A stretch of 64,000 nucleotides of DNA from Marsupella aquatica. Taxonomy: Eukaryota; Plantae; Marchantiophyta. The position numbers were made by a program, and so were the translations under genes. Location: assembly GCA_973895155.1 (NCBI GenBank), contig OZ316899.1, positions 11,063,135-11,127,134 on the forward strand, read 5' to 3'. How positions within the stretch are numbered: the first letter of the stretch is position 1; each line of letters starts with the position of its first letter. Below the pieces are notes generated by a model, which had not been told where the DNA came from, made no database searches, and was given only the letters and a program-made list of their open reading frames with translations. Below, in pieces: positions 1-13,807 of this stretch.

Positions 1-1506
1 CATCAATTTTTTTATAAGAGCATCCCTCATCCATCAAAATATCTGGGTCGGTGGGCATATTCTTTCGAGTAAGTCTTCACACTATCCCACATATTTATAT
101 CACTCTCCAGGGCACTATCTTTGTAATAAAGGGACTCATCAGCGTTGGAACGATTTTGGAAAAGTTAAAAATATGGCAGTTGTACAACTGGCAACATGGA
201 GGAGCTAGACGATAGGCTCTCTGTCTTCAGTCCACCATCTCACCTGCAGTCTGTAGGACTCGGTGCCCAACGAGGGCGGGGGAATTGTAACATTATTGTA
301 GTCCCAAGTTAATTTGGCCTGTAAAATCTGATTGACCAGTGCATTCGCTCAGTGGTAAACCAACTGTTCTCACACTCATTGCATCTCACGTAAGTCCAAA
401 ATGAAGTCCCGGATCAGGGATGCTTCAGCAAAGTAAAAGTTACTAACGGTTTTGTTGTCGAGGATTAGCTGGAAGGCTTGAGCCGATGCAGGACTCCGAA
501 GGATGGCAGCAGTTAATAAACTTTATTGCATCGCAATTTAATTTGGGATCTCATTGAACTTGGAAATTAGACACTAGGCTGGTCACTTCACACTGATGTG
601 GTCCGCATGACAACCTCTGGCATTGGAGTGCGGGGCATTTCTTTGCAGTGTGCGGATTGAATTTGTGACAAAGGATTTTGCTCAGCGTTTGCTGACAGAT
701 ACTACTCACTCCTACAGTATTTTGTGTGTACTGGATGGAACAAAGCGAAGCGGGTACCTTCGGCATTCATGAGTGAAATGTCTAACTCTGGCCAGGGAGA
801 ACCTGCTGACTATTTTAGTGATGTATCGTGTTATAATGACACCCAAAAACGGCTGCACACATGGGATCTCTTTTTTTGACAATCTCGTAATAATGCCACT
901 TAAGAAGTAGCGGGGCAAGTTGGGAATGAGAAATTTATTAAGCCTATATGCTAGAAATGTTATAAACACCGACTTTATCGTGATTGTAGGCAACCTCGTC
1001 GTCCAACTCGATCAAAACTTCTGCATAGTATTTCAGTTGAAACATACTGGAGCCCTTGCTAAGATCTTCGTACTTCTCATTCATCGTTTTTCAGACCACA
1101 CAGATTTCCTGTTAGCAGGAAATCGAGACCTCTTGGTGGAGGAAAACCTCTGGATTGTTTCTGAACTCTATATACAAGTCAAGGTAGTGAACTCCTTCCT
1201 CGTGTTCCCTTCACCCTCCCCTCGTGCAGACCCCTCAAGCCGCCCGAGGCCCTGTGAGGGCCCCGCGAAATATTTGCAAAGCCCTCAGGCACCCGAGGTT
1301 CCAGTCTGAACGTTGGAGATGATCTTAGGAACCGAGGACATTATTTCCAGATGAAGTCATTTCAACACGAAGCCGAAATGGAGAGGACGCTTTTTTTTCT
1401 TCTGTTTTTTCTGTTTCTGGAACAGTCTTTCGTCATTGGACGTTCTCTTGGATCATGGACCTGGACTAAGCTGTTCTGTTGATGAAAGATTTTGAAATGT
1501 GTACAG

Positions 1507-4500
1507 GTTGAGCTTGCTCATGGTGGGAGGGGCCCCCCGTTATCCGTAGAGCGTCACAATGGTTACAGCAATGTCAGCGGTGGTGTCAACAGGGGACTGG
1601 ACGGTGGTGGGCGTACTGGCGGTGTTTCAAGGCGCTCGGAGTATCGAGGTTCGTGAATATTTTTGTTTGCCTTCGGTCTGGTCTTATGTGATAGTTGTTC
1701 GGACAATTCTTGGCATTGGTGGTTTCATGCAATGTCTTGTTCTCCTTAGCATATCAGAGCCACTCCCCTCAGAAACTTCTCTGCTTGCAGTGATTGTGAC
1801 GGGACTTCCAGCGTCTGCATCGTGGCAAGATCTCAAGGTATCGTCAAGGAGAGTGTTTCATGGAGAGCGTAAAATTTCATTCGCATGTGTTACTTGAGTG
1901 TGTTGAGATCTCTGATATGGAAGCATCGTATAAGGAATGAAGCTAACACCCTTCACTGAAAGGTTAGCAAGATCTGCGTCGTCCCTGTTATCCTTATTCG
2001 GCCTTGTAAGCTTCAAATCTCTCAACCGAGACAGTAAAGGGAAGAAGCCAGTGAGTTGTACCATCAGGACGCAGGTCCTACGATTCCAGGGTTTTGGTAG
2101 TGATCGTTTCCTCCAGCCGTGAAGGTATTCATGTATGTCATTTCAACTGTTTCAAAATTATGTCATTTTTTGTCGACGTCTATGGGCTTGCGGGTATAGG
2201 CGCAACGCCCTGGACGGACAGAATTATTACTGGGGCTAGGTGTAGAAGCCGCACAAGTGGTACACTTAGCAAGATAGTACGAAGACTTAGATAGTGTTAG
2301 TACGGAGTTTCGGTCTTGAAAAACAGAGACTGCTCATCCAGCAACCGAAGTAGGCATGGAACTCTTACGCGTTGCCTATGAGTGCCGCAGCCTTTTAGTT
2401 CCGTTAACAGCCTCGTTAGAAGTGGCAGGTTCATTGATTGTACCTTGTAAATCCGACTCCTTGCAGCCCTTATGTCGTTCTACAGAAGGCATCATGTCTT
2501 CTAACTTGTGAAAGGATCAGAGGTATGGCCTTATGTAACAGACGGTGGAGTTCTAGATCTCCTTTCATAATGTAAAGTAGTTCTACCATGAAGCAGAATA
2601 GAATTGGCTTGAAGAAGTGGTTTGACTAGTAGCTCGGGGCGGGGAAGGAAGGTGCGATAGGGGAGTCGATGATGGAGCTCCCATTGAAGAGGGTTGGGAG
2701 ATGCTTGAAAGAACTTACGATCATCGAAGAGAAAGCTCTTCGTCAGCAGTAATCCCTGACTGCTGGTGAGTCTCGGTACCAACTGCATCTCCTGAAATTA
2801 GTATTTTCGGTCGCTTTTTGGTTCTAAGCGCAACCCCTTTCTTTGCTTAGTACATCCGAGAAAAATATAGTGTAATCGAAGATTGGTACTGACCTGCACA
2901 AATGCAGGACCGGTTCCGTCAAATATAGGAATATCCTCGATTTTAAGTACTTTGCTTCATTATCGCGGAATTTGATAGAATTGAAGTAGAACCTATCTGA
3001 TGTGCATTTAAATGCCCTAGGATTGAGGCATTGTTCTCGATCGGGAAAGTCATCGTCAAATCATTACAACAAAATTGGGAGGGTTGAGCGGAAGGCGTCC
3101 CGATCCACTAAGGGAAGTTGGGGTAGTCCTCAAAATCTAACACTCTTGACATAAACAGAAGTGATCCTAACAAGCCTCGGATGCCATGTGAAGTTCTTAA
3201 TGCAAGATAACGAAGTGAAAAAGTGCTCACAAATGAATTGAATGAATCAAAATTCTGCTACAATGTTCCTAGCTGAATAGCTAATTACTATATGTCAACA
3301 AGTAATACCAGAAGTTGTGTCATTCTGGTGTGACTCAATCCATGTGCCAATGAACGTGTAGCTTCAGTTATGAAGCGGAACCTAAAGGAACGGACAGTTG
3401 ATTAACCATTAACTAATCCTCTACATTCATATGTATCTGATCACACAGATCGAGGAAGGGATTGTTCAACTAACTGGAAAGAATAAGTAAGCCTCTGAAA
3501 TCATTCTGATTCTAGCGATTGTATATTCTTTTTCTTTGCAGGACCATATGCGTCGGGCTGGTGATGTTTGTTTTGCCCAGGTGTTTCGAGATGGTAACGG
3601 TAATTGATAACCCTTCCAGCAAAAAGCTTCTTGTCATCGATGAGGGTTTTGGGTATGCTCGATTCGATTTTGGAATGGCTTGATTGGAATACTGCTCGTT
3701 GGAATAGGTCGCTTGGGGTGGGGAAAGTGGATAGATTCTCGGAGACAAATCATTGGTTTAGGGTGTAGAATTTTTGTCCAGGAAAATTCAAGATCAGCCT
3801 TTACCCGATCTTTCAGCTGGTTAGGACAAACGGGGATGACACATGCAGGAGATGAAACTCCGTGATGTCCTTCTAACGAGTTTATCTACATCTGGAAACA
3901 CCCTTATCGAACGTATTGAAGGAATTTTGAGCCTCTTATTGTACACGTGTGCACCTGCAACTTTATTTGCACAATAATTAAAGTGAATTAATGAAGAGAT
4001 CAGTTGCATGTTAGGTGTGTGAAACTAGAGTGGAGATCTTAATGAGTTTATTAGTGATAGGAAGCATGTATCGTACACCAAAAGGTAATTGGTAGACAAA
4101 GTGCTCATCATTTCGTCTCTAATTCTTATCCATAAAGACTAGTGAGGTGTGATATCCACCCACTCACTTCCCTCTAATCTTGTTGCGTCACTCTGGCATA
4201 CTCGTGCCAAGGTCTCAGTGAAATTCGACATCTCCTATTCGCTGAAATAAATTATCTGAACCAGTCAAATGATTAACTAAACCACCCAGCATTCACCGTC
4301 TGCCTGATATAGTTTTAGGATGATGATAATAATGTAGATAATGATCTGGATTTAGACTCCGTCTGAGTGAGCACTACACGTTTCATAGGTCGTTCAGCTA
4401 TCGTCGTCGTCAGATGCTATTGGTCTGATAGTCGCACTTAGCGAATCAGATTATACTGTAGAGCAACAACTAGAAGTGCTTGAGGAGCAAGCCAACGTAT

Positions 4501-7500
4501 AGGGGAATATGTTTAAGTGTAGTTATTGCGGAACTCGTACTTCAAGAAGCATGCCTTGGTTGTGTTTGGCTTCGAATTCTTACTCACGCTGACAAGGGTC
4601 TGTCCCAAAGGAAGTATATGAGCTTAATTGCAAGGTTTTTTTAAACTCGATTGGTTTCTTCCACAAGTGTCCATCAAAACCGAAGATTGCTGGCAACAAG
4701 GCTGTCTTGCTCTCTCGTCGTGGGAGAGAAGTTGGTAGGAGAGTCAAAAAGGTGCACGCCAACCTTTGTATGCAGAACGGAGTCTGGATACAAAGGTTGT
4801 ATACAGACTGCATACGATACTACATTCAAAAATCTAGTCTCGTAGTTGACGAGACTACATTTTGAATTATTTCAAGCGAATTATCGTTGCTTTCCTGCCA
4901 TTGTTTGGAGGAGATCTTTGTTCTTGTGGACTCTGCATTCACTATTGCTGTGACATCACGAAAAGCGCAAATTGAACTCCCGTGAATGAGATCAATTTTG
5001 GAAATTTCACCAGAATCTCTTAGTGTTGTACCTTATAGCTGATTTTAGTGACGGATTACTTTACTGGCATAGTCGGATCCATGTCAAACCATTGTTCCTG
5101 GGAGGAAATCATCTTATGTTAGTAGTGGTTACTAGCTGATCTGTGAACCACTACAGAAGAGTGCACCTGCATGAAAGTTCCCAGCAAAAGCTACATTGTA
5201 GTGTAACTGTTTGTCGTAGAGTGTTTCAGGAATTTGACAATATTTCTTGAGCCTTGAGTGAAACTATTTTGTTTTAGGAGTCCACTAGGAAAGTCAGGGC
5301 TCTGATCATCGGACCTTGTCAGAGTGACCACTGGATGTCTTACGAGGGAAGGGAGCTTCACTCATCGAAGCAGACACAGGAGATGTGATTCAATAACAGA
5401 AATCATGTCATACCAAAATGTGAAGGATGGAATGAGTTCATTGGTGATGAAAGCTGAGGATTTCTGTCATATTTACCTCAGCCTGTTGCATAAGGGTACA
5501 GTATCATCGCTCACGAGCTAGAGCTCCGCAGCAATGAACTGTAGATTATCATTTCCATGATACCAAGGAGGATTCTCACATATCAGTTTGGTCAAGTGTT
5601 CAAGGTTACATAAAGATCAGGGGGAACAAAACCAGGATCTATGTGCTACGCAAAGTAGAAACGTTACTATTATGGAAACCACAAATTTTATCTGACTGAG
5701 TTGATCTGTCTGTTGTTGCGTTTGTAAACCCTAAACCTCTCGAATGCCCTCGGGGTGTCATGTTGGAAAGAATGAGCAATCTACTCGAAGAGCCTCCTAG
5801 TTATATGGTTTGTACTGACTTTTCAGCTCTCTGCCAGTAAAGTAGAAAGAAGAAACCTCAGAATTGGTCTCTGTAGCATGTCCAGAGGTTTGTGTGACAA
5901 ACGATCTAGCCCGTGAACTCGGACCATTGAACCTCAGAATGTGGACTTGATGCTGCTGTCGGATGATGGTTTGAACCAACTTTATCCCCACATTTGCAAA
6001 TGTAGATAATAAAACAACGAAGCTATGTTGCCATAGCTAGAAGATATTGCACGACATCTGGCTAGAGTACTATCTAGCAAAGAGATAACAAGAGCAAGGA
6101 GACCGTGTGATTCTGTAACCTTGACAAGATCTGACCTACAGTCTGATCTCATCAAATAAGTCTTGAAAACTCTCTTGTAGACCTAGCATCCTATGGAAGT
6201 GACATTATAACAATATGTGGTTCGTATCACCTATTCGTTGGTTTATGGAATGTCTACGGAATCAGGAAGGTCTAGGAATGTGCCTATATTTCTCAGTCTC
6301 GATGGTCAGGCTGTGGGAGCCACATATAAGTTGCCGAAGGCATGGCTAGCAGAGTAGCGCATTCGTGCACCAACAATGGACTGCAGATCCCCGGAACAAT
6401 GATTGTGGACTTCAACGGCCAGGTGGGCAGGTAGCGACAAATTAGAAGACCACCAGGAGTGTCTCAGTGACCATCTGAAGGATAAAAGAGACCTGTCTCA
6501 AAGATATAGATTAAACGGTATTACACGATAGGGTTTTCAATTGGTAACATGTTTAAAATCGTACCGTGTTAATAGCACTCTGCTACAATGCAGAGCTTGA
6601 CAACAGACAAACACTTCGTAAAGGAAATAGCAATTTGACACTCTTTGTATGTTAAGAATCCGTCATTATAACTTGACCGTAGGAGTAGTCTCTGGCTAGC
6701 TGTCTAGTATGACGCCTCGAATTGACCTTTTAGCTGTTCTGCTGTATCAACTCCGCTGCTAGCTCGTCCAGAAATTTTATTCAGGAGAAAGAGCAGTAGA
6801 CTGGAATACTGGATACGTTTTTTTCAAGTTATACCTCACTTCAGAATGCGCACAGGGATACTATTAGCCACAACTCTGACACTTCGCGAAAGCTGGTTGA
6901 TGCGGATTTTAACTAAGGCAGGCGAGAGAACTATTGATGAGTCAGAATACCTTGACGTTTGTTGTCCTGCTCAACCCTAGAACTCCAATATAAACTATCG
7001 CAAGCAATCTACCACAATACCTTGAGCGAGATTAAATGGATCTCCTTGCAAGCTTGTACCCTTGCTCCATCAGGGCGTTACTGAAGCCTCAAACCTAATT
7101 TACGCTTGTTTGATCCGAAATAGTGTTTCTCAATGGACAGAGTTGAGGACTAAACTGTGCCGTGTGTGCGATTTGAAGATGAGTATGTGTTCGCATATGT
7201 CAGCCAAACAGGACTCCGTTCACTGCGATTTCGGATGCACAACTGTTGAAATCATGTTTTGTGATTCAGTAATTGAATCTCATCTTTCTAGCAAGTGGAC
7301 CTTTGAGGGAGAATATCACCGCTTTGTAAGTTTATGGATTAGAGTTTCTCTCTTACACATATGACCTACCCTGCATCTCAAGATGTGCGGAGTCATGTTA
7401 TCAACAACTTTTAGTCTTTCTTATAGACAAGGTTCCTGTTGCCGAACCACTAAAGTAACCAAGCAATCTTTCCATTGTGAAGCATGGACTGTGCTACCTA

Positions 7501-10500
7501 TGGAAATACATCAGCTAGATTGAGTTTTTTTCAACAACTTTCAGCTCCCTCTGGACTTTGGTAGATGCGTTCCTGCTTGGTCTACAGTCTTTTTCGAATA
7601 ACATCGTAACTAGAGTACATTGTAAAACTCCCACCGTCGAGAATTGTAATTGTTGTGCCTGGGTTCCCACATCAGGTCATAATTATCTGAAAAACCGGAG
7701 CTTGGTGCTGAGGCTAGTTTTTGAGGGGTTCTGTTGCTGTTTGTTGTGGGACAATGTTTTCAGGCTACAGCATGCACACTTTGAGCTCTAGGGCCGTCAC
7801 AGTATCACACATGGTTTTTCGAAGTTTTTGTTTGTAACCTAGTCGTGGTTCCGCTGTTATTAAATGCGTTAGAGAATTACATTTTGGGGTTTCGTATTTG
7901 ATAGTGAAAGCCGTAGCCTTTTTCCATTCAATTGCTTTGCTAATATTGATTTTGCACAATGTCTGCCTTTGTGACTCGTTCTGTTAGTAGTCATAATGGT
8001 GGATTATGCACTTCCTTTCAATCGATTTTCGAGTTTTGTATTTATTTTCTTCATCCTAATGGGTTATTCGTGTGCTACTATCACTGATGGGGCGGCTTCT
8101 AGGTACCATGGGTATTGTGGACTTCACGAACTACGAAGATATGAAATATGCCGTAAGAATTTCCTTCTCTGGTGTGTGTTGGTGAGCTCTTTAGTTATTG
8201 GTATTCACAGAACTTTTCTGAATCAGATGTGATTCTATCGCTTTTTTCTCATTTATCTTGATAGTTCGAGCGTTTGCTCTCCTGACGCTTCTGCCTGACT
8301 TCAGATTCGAAAGCTGGATGACTCTGAGTTTCGCAATCCCTTTTCACGTTCCTTCATTCGAGTGAGTTTGGCTTGTCAGACTATTTGCATTTTGCGTAGT
8401 CCAGAGTTGGTCACTTTATTTTTTTGTCAGTGGGCGCCTGTATGGCCTTAGGTTATGAATGCGCTTGATCATACTGGAAAGTGCATGGAGTTTATATGAG
8501 GGTACGCTTTCAACTTGTGGAAGTAGATCTTTGCTTAACTTCTTGTTTTAGATTTACCATGAAGGCTGTAAACCTGTCGCTTCCTCTGAATAAAGAGTGC
8601 GAAGTTTGCAGGTAAAGGAGGATAAAGGGTATGGATTGAGGCGGACTGAGAGTAACAGCCGGAGCCGTAGGTATGTGTCAATTCATCAACTGAGTGATAT
8701 CACAGGTTTTGATATTCAGCAAAACGTTGGCGACAATGTTCTTTTCAATTCTAGCCGCCAGGTTCTTTGGAAACATCCAAATTAAATATTCCACGCGGGA
8801 CCGTGTTGAGCATCAGGGCTGGATGAATTTTTGGGAAATTCGTTTGGTTGGGCTAGTTTGATGCTTATGTGAGCTGGTATGGAAGCCATTCTAATCAAGC
8901 TTAGCAAAAGGGACGAGGAAAATAGCGTCCGAGTAGGAGGCCATACACCCCTGACAAAGGCCCTGTTTTGATCACCTGATGAGCTCGAGTTCTGATGCAA
9001 AGAAACAGCTTATGCAAAATCCAAAACGGGATTTCTGAATGAATTCCCTTGTGCTATTTTTCATCGCTTTCAAGCTTCTGATAGCAAACCTCCTAAATCA
9101 TTGACGCAAGTGCTTGAGAAAACAGGGGATCTTGGAAACCTGTCAATGGCATGGAAATATTACATGAGCAGAAGGCCAGAGAATATCTGGGTGATTGAGG
9201 TCACCGGGAGCGTTTTCTTTGTTCATTTTCTTTGGATTTTGCATTTGATAGACATTCGTATGTGCTCAAAAACTTTTGATAAGGAATGTGTCCGTTCCAT
9301 GTTTCTGACAAAAGAGGATTGCAAAGAACAAAAGTCTCTTGAGAGCTGAAATTAACATCCATGAAAGCCATATCTCCAGCCAGGTTGAGATGTTAGTGGC
9401 GGACAGTAGGCAGTCTGTTTGATCTGGTGTCCCGACCTCCGACTTTGGATCAGGACACTGAGGCTTTGATTTCGTCCTGGTGTGGGATATTGATTGATGA
9501 TACTAATTGCAAGTGGTGTGTTTTTTACATGTTGACAACTTCCTTCTATTTTTGTTTTTCTTGTGTTTGTACAGTCGCAGTGGATCTGGTGCAAAATCCC
9601 CTCGCAGCCGATCAAATTCGAGATCGTTATCACATTCACGGTGAGTCTCATCAACGTCTTCGACATTTGTGGCTTAAATTTTCCTCTGGTTATTGCACGG
9701 TCAATAGCAAGAGACGAACCAGGAAATGAAGGACTTTTCCGGTACAATTATAAATCAGATCCGTGTCAGTAAATTGGATGTGGTATATTCCGTTTCCTTC
9801 TTATGAACGACTGAACTAGCTAGGCACCAGTGGTGGTACGTTAAAATCCATCTCCACAGGGATAGAAATGGTTGGAATATGCGGTTGAACGAGTGAACTA
9901 GGTAGGGCATCAGTGGTGGCACGTTGAAATCCATCTCACAGGGGTAGAAATGTTTCGAGTATGCGGTTCTCAAGTCAAGTTTCTCCTCGTTAGTGGATTC
10001 CAAAGAATTGTAGATGTCCCAGTCAATGCGTGCTGTCATGATGGCCTCTCTCTTCGTCCGCGAAGTTTGATGATCATCTTCAATATCAGAGATTCAAGTT
10101 CTACGCAAATATAGGAAAGACAGAAGCTCGGCATTTTGCAGGTGTCAAATATCAGAACAGAAATTTGAAAGCTCAAGTCGGTTACGTGATTCTCTCATTG
10201 AGTTCCTTCCGCCCGAGTCCCTTTGTCCTTCCTCTCTTGAACCCGCTTCTGTTTTCTGCTTCGGCATCGAAGTATGATCAAGTTTTACTGAGCCAGGTGG
10301 GTGTGATTTAGGTAGTTAGTCCTCTAAAGAGAGGGAGAGAGAACTGCCCAAGAAGGTTCTAGATAACAAGGAGGCAGTAAATAGTTTTTAAATGAGGACT
10401 TTCTCAGAGGGGTGGATTCTAGGTCTCTGTATAATAATATCTGGACAAGAGTTGCTTACATACTGTTTGGTGTGGATTTACTATGTGAGAATAGCTTCAA

Positions 10501-11818
10501 TGTTCGCATGATGGCTTCCATGAACTGGTTTGGCTATACATATTTTGTACTGTCACGGAGTTGTTGGATTTACGGACTGGATAAAGCAGAGGTTTCACCT
10601 TCTAGTTTAGCCACAACATTTTGAGGTTGTCTGTTCGAGGAGAGGGCAAGGCTAGCAGATTACAGACTTCTTAGGTTAGCCACCTTTCAAGAGCTGTGGC
10701 CAATATTCCTCCCAAGGATGCAAGGGACCAAGTGGATTCACAATTTGAATCCTTAAGTGTATAGAGGCTCAGCTTAAGGCTTGCACTTCATTTTCAACAG
10801 CATCCTTTCATGCTATTATGATGTTTCGTGGCCAAACTACGCGAGTGATCTCCAGTGACGAGAGTGAGAATGCCGAGCGCTAGAATGTCTAACGTCTTTT
10901 TTAAGCATCAGTAATGGGGGATCTGAGAGAGAAAAGTTAGGACCAACCTGTTGAACCCATGTCTAGTCCAGTATTCGAACATCGATTCACTCTACACATA
11001 GTACTTAGATTACACTAAATCCTAAACTCGAAATTCTAGACGCGGATCAGTCTGAGAGAGCTGAATACGAATCAATATAAAGTGAATTTCCATTGCTTCT
11101 GAAGTCAAGGATCTGAGTCATTTCATCCAGCAAAATATTGTTGAGGTGTGCGGGTAATCTAGTCTTATGTCGGTGCTTTCTGTCTGTTACAAGCAGGTCC
11201 AGATCAAGATCTCGACGACATTCGGTATTGGAACACATCTTTCGTCTACAAAAATTGAGCTTGCAGATAAATCTCCCTTAAAGCTTCTACGGCCCTTAAA
11301 TCTTATTCCTGAGGATATAACTATTTGTTTGATGCAGCTTACACAGTCTAAGGAGCGTAGTCGAACTCCAAGCTTGAGTCTAAGTCGCTCGCAATCTCCT
11401 GTTCTGGTAAGTTAAATATCGAATTTGGGATTTGGAACTGGGTACCTTGTCAAGGAAACGTTGGTAAATTATGCTAGTGGTCCTCTGAATTCAGGTTATC
11501 TCAGTAGATTATTCGCGAGGACAATTCCTGCTTTTCAGATTTCCATGAGCTCTCTTTCTTAATATCATGTGCCTCATTTCACAGCAGAGCAAGTTGAACA
11601 ATATCTCAGGAAGCCGTAGTCCCAGTCCAAAAGAAAATTTACTGGTACGAGATCTACCCTTCAAATTAGTAAGGTTATTCTTTGTTGACTGTTGCTCCTT
11701 CACTTTGCATCGTGTCGCTGGGACTTGCATTATAACTGCATATCACCTCGAGTTCTTGCTCTATTTTTTACAGGGGGGAGAGTCAAATGGCAGCGCTTCT
11801 CCCAATCTGCATGATTAG
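1507..11818 (+). CDS. SR34: Serine/arginine-rich splicing factor, SR34/SR30 (SRSF1-like) subfamily; 5'-partial (most of RRM1 lies upstream of the window)
   Basis: Manually spliced GT-AG exons: 1507-1648 (VELAHGGRG...GVSRRSEYR), 1791-1837 (VIVTGLPASASWQDLK), 3542-3599 (DHMRRAGDVCFAQVFRDGN), 8103-8152 (GTMGIVDFTNYEDMKYA), 8305-8361 (IRKLDDSEFRNPFSRSFIR), 8612-8670, 9608-9640, 11197-11224, 11347-11406, 11585-11644, 11774-11818 (TAG). SWQDLKD is the pseudo-RRM signature, followed by an RS-rich tail; exon phases are consistent. SR34 vs SR30 cannot be resolved. Confidence 0.93.
9805..9968. repeat. Diverged tandem duplication, ~82-bp unit x2, inside an SR-gene intron
   Basis: gaacgactgaactagctaggcaccagtggtggtacgttaaaatccatctc... 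repeated as gaacgagtgaactaggtagggcatcagtggtggcacgttgaaatccatctc... Confidence 0.75.
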
Positions 11819-12419
11819 ATTCGTCTAGTGCATGCCGCCGTAAAAATGACATCTGAGATGTTCTTTCGCAATTCAGGAATTGTTGTTAAATAGGGAGCAA
11901 ATCAATGTGGATTGCAATGCTTAGGTACACTTCTGGTCCTACAAGCTTATAGATTGTCTCCATTAATAGTTATTTCGGATTTTGATCGAAGGGCATGAGT
12001 TAATATGGTGGACACCTTCAGACTCGGGATACATCCTGAGAGCCAGGAAAGGGCCTTTACTATTCAAGTCTCCACGTCGCTACCAAGATTACTCAGCACT
12101 TCCAGTGATGTTGGCACCCTTAATTTTTACTCGTGCAGAAAAGGTTACATGGCTATCAAATTTGTAAAGGGGATGGAATAGTTTTAAAGAGGTCTGCAAG
12201 TCAGTCGGCAACAATAGAGACGCATGGTTTTGTCACGGTAGTTTCACATTTGTGGGACAATAATACACAGGCCATGGATCTACTGATTGACTATGCCTCT
12301 GTCTGGCTTTACTACATACCCTAGGAAGCCCTTTGGAGTCGTCAATTTTGTTTGTTTGATCTGTGACCTTTGTAGAAAAACGAACCCCAGGTTTACCGCC
12401 GCCATGAACGTCACAACCC

Positions 12420-12523
12420 CAGTGGACTGTGTAGCCCTGACAGTTGACAAAAATGTCCTTACAGGCTTGTACAGTGGACTGTGTAGCCCTAACAGTTGAC
12501 TAAAAATGTCCTTACAGGCTTAT
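12420..12523. repeat. Tandem duplication, ~52-bp unit x2
   Basis: cagtggactgtgtagccct(g/a)acagttgac(t)aaaaatgtccttacaggctt occurs twice head-to-tail. Confidence 0.85.
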
Positions 12524-12874
12524 ACATTCTCCTTCTGATGGAAACCTAAACCTAAAGGAGTCTAAAACCTAACGGAATGTAAAATCTCATGTTAGACTTG
12601 GTTACACTTGGGGAAACATGCCTAGATAAGAGCTCCATGCTTGGACCTGTGAGATGCACTACACCTAGACTTGTGACAAACTTGGGTGTCTAGGCAGCTG
12701 GTTGCCTTTCGATGAGTGTAGATTAGACATCACATTCATATACACAAGTAGATGACAAAGACGCCAAAGCCATCATGGTAGGTACTAAAAAGGTCATGAC
12801 CTTATCACTACGTGTTTGATGTCAGGTCCATGACTCCTCTGTTCTCTAGTTCCAATGGTGGTGTGGTTCCAATG

Positions 12875-13316
12875 TTTGTCCATCTAAGATTTGCTATTGA
12901 ATTTAGTTTAGTGAATGAGCAACATTCACTATATGCAAAAGTCAATACAAGAAACTTATGCTTCATCTTGTCAGACATTACTATTTGTATAATTAATTAG
13001 GGTGAAACTTTGGATAAAAATCTATTCAGGTTTCCTATCTTTAATTAGAGTAAATCTGAACTAAATCACAGCTACAAGTATATACATTTTCGTTCTAATT
13101 TTTGTCCATCTAAGATTTGCTATTGAATTTAGTTTAGTGAATGAGCAACATTCACTATATGCAAAAGTCAATACAAGAAACTTATGCTTCATCTTGTCAG
13201 ACATTACTATTTGTATAATTAATTAGGGTGAAACTTTGGATAAAAATCTATTCAGGTTTCCTATCTTTAATTAGAGTAAATCTGAACTAAATCACAGCTA
13301 CAAGTATATACATTTT
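12875..13316. repeat. Near-perfect direct duplication, 226-bp period
   Basis: tttgtccatctaagatttgc...caagtatatacatttt at 12875-13090 and again from 13101 to about 13316. Confidence 0.9.
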
Positions 13317-13807
13317 TGTGCAACCCAGCTATTGGAATGCCCGGTCTTTGCAGTCTTTTTGCCATGAGTGCTTGAAAAAGACCGTCCTGCCATGAAAATG
13401 CAATGGAACCACATTACAAAGTAAATATATCCCACCATTCTTCAAACGGGACTGCACCAGGAGCCTGGATAGCACTGTGGCCTTCTTCCCTAATTCCCCT
13501 TGCAACAACTCTGCCCACTCTGCCTTCCACCTCCCCTATGCATGACTATTGCCCTGTCCAGAAAAAGGGAAAATCCAGAGAGAATCTGGACTGTCGATAA
13601 GAAGGGATAGATGGGCAAGATCAGGCGCAAGGACTTCAATTCAAATCCAATCTTGAATGGTGGCCGTTGATTAAAAAAGATAGTCGATTGACATCAAAAG
13701 CAAACCGGGATTACAAGGTAAGTCGACCCCCACGCCATTCTTCAAACGTCACTACGTCAGGAGCCCAGATAGCATTGCGCCCTTCTCCGCCCACCCTCCC
13801 TCCCTGT

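Noticed and set aside
180-1090. Possible minus-strand spliced gene (MNEKYEDLSKG..., SPWPELDISLMNAE, ORF 551-766)
   Set aside because: Splice sites are only partly plausible, no recognisable domain, and the region probably lies in the SR gene's upstream intron.
920-1309. ORF with IVIVGNL as the missing RRM1 of the SR gene
   Set aside because: Only a 4-residue resemblance to IYVGNLP; no following RRM1 sequence (EVEDLF, PPGYAFVEF).
4580-4813. FGFDGHL as a MULE transposase relic in the SR intron
   Set aside because: Single weak motif with no supporting flanks or termini.
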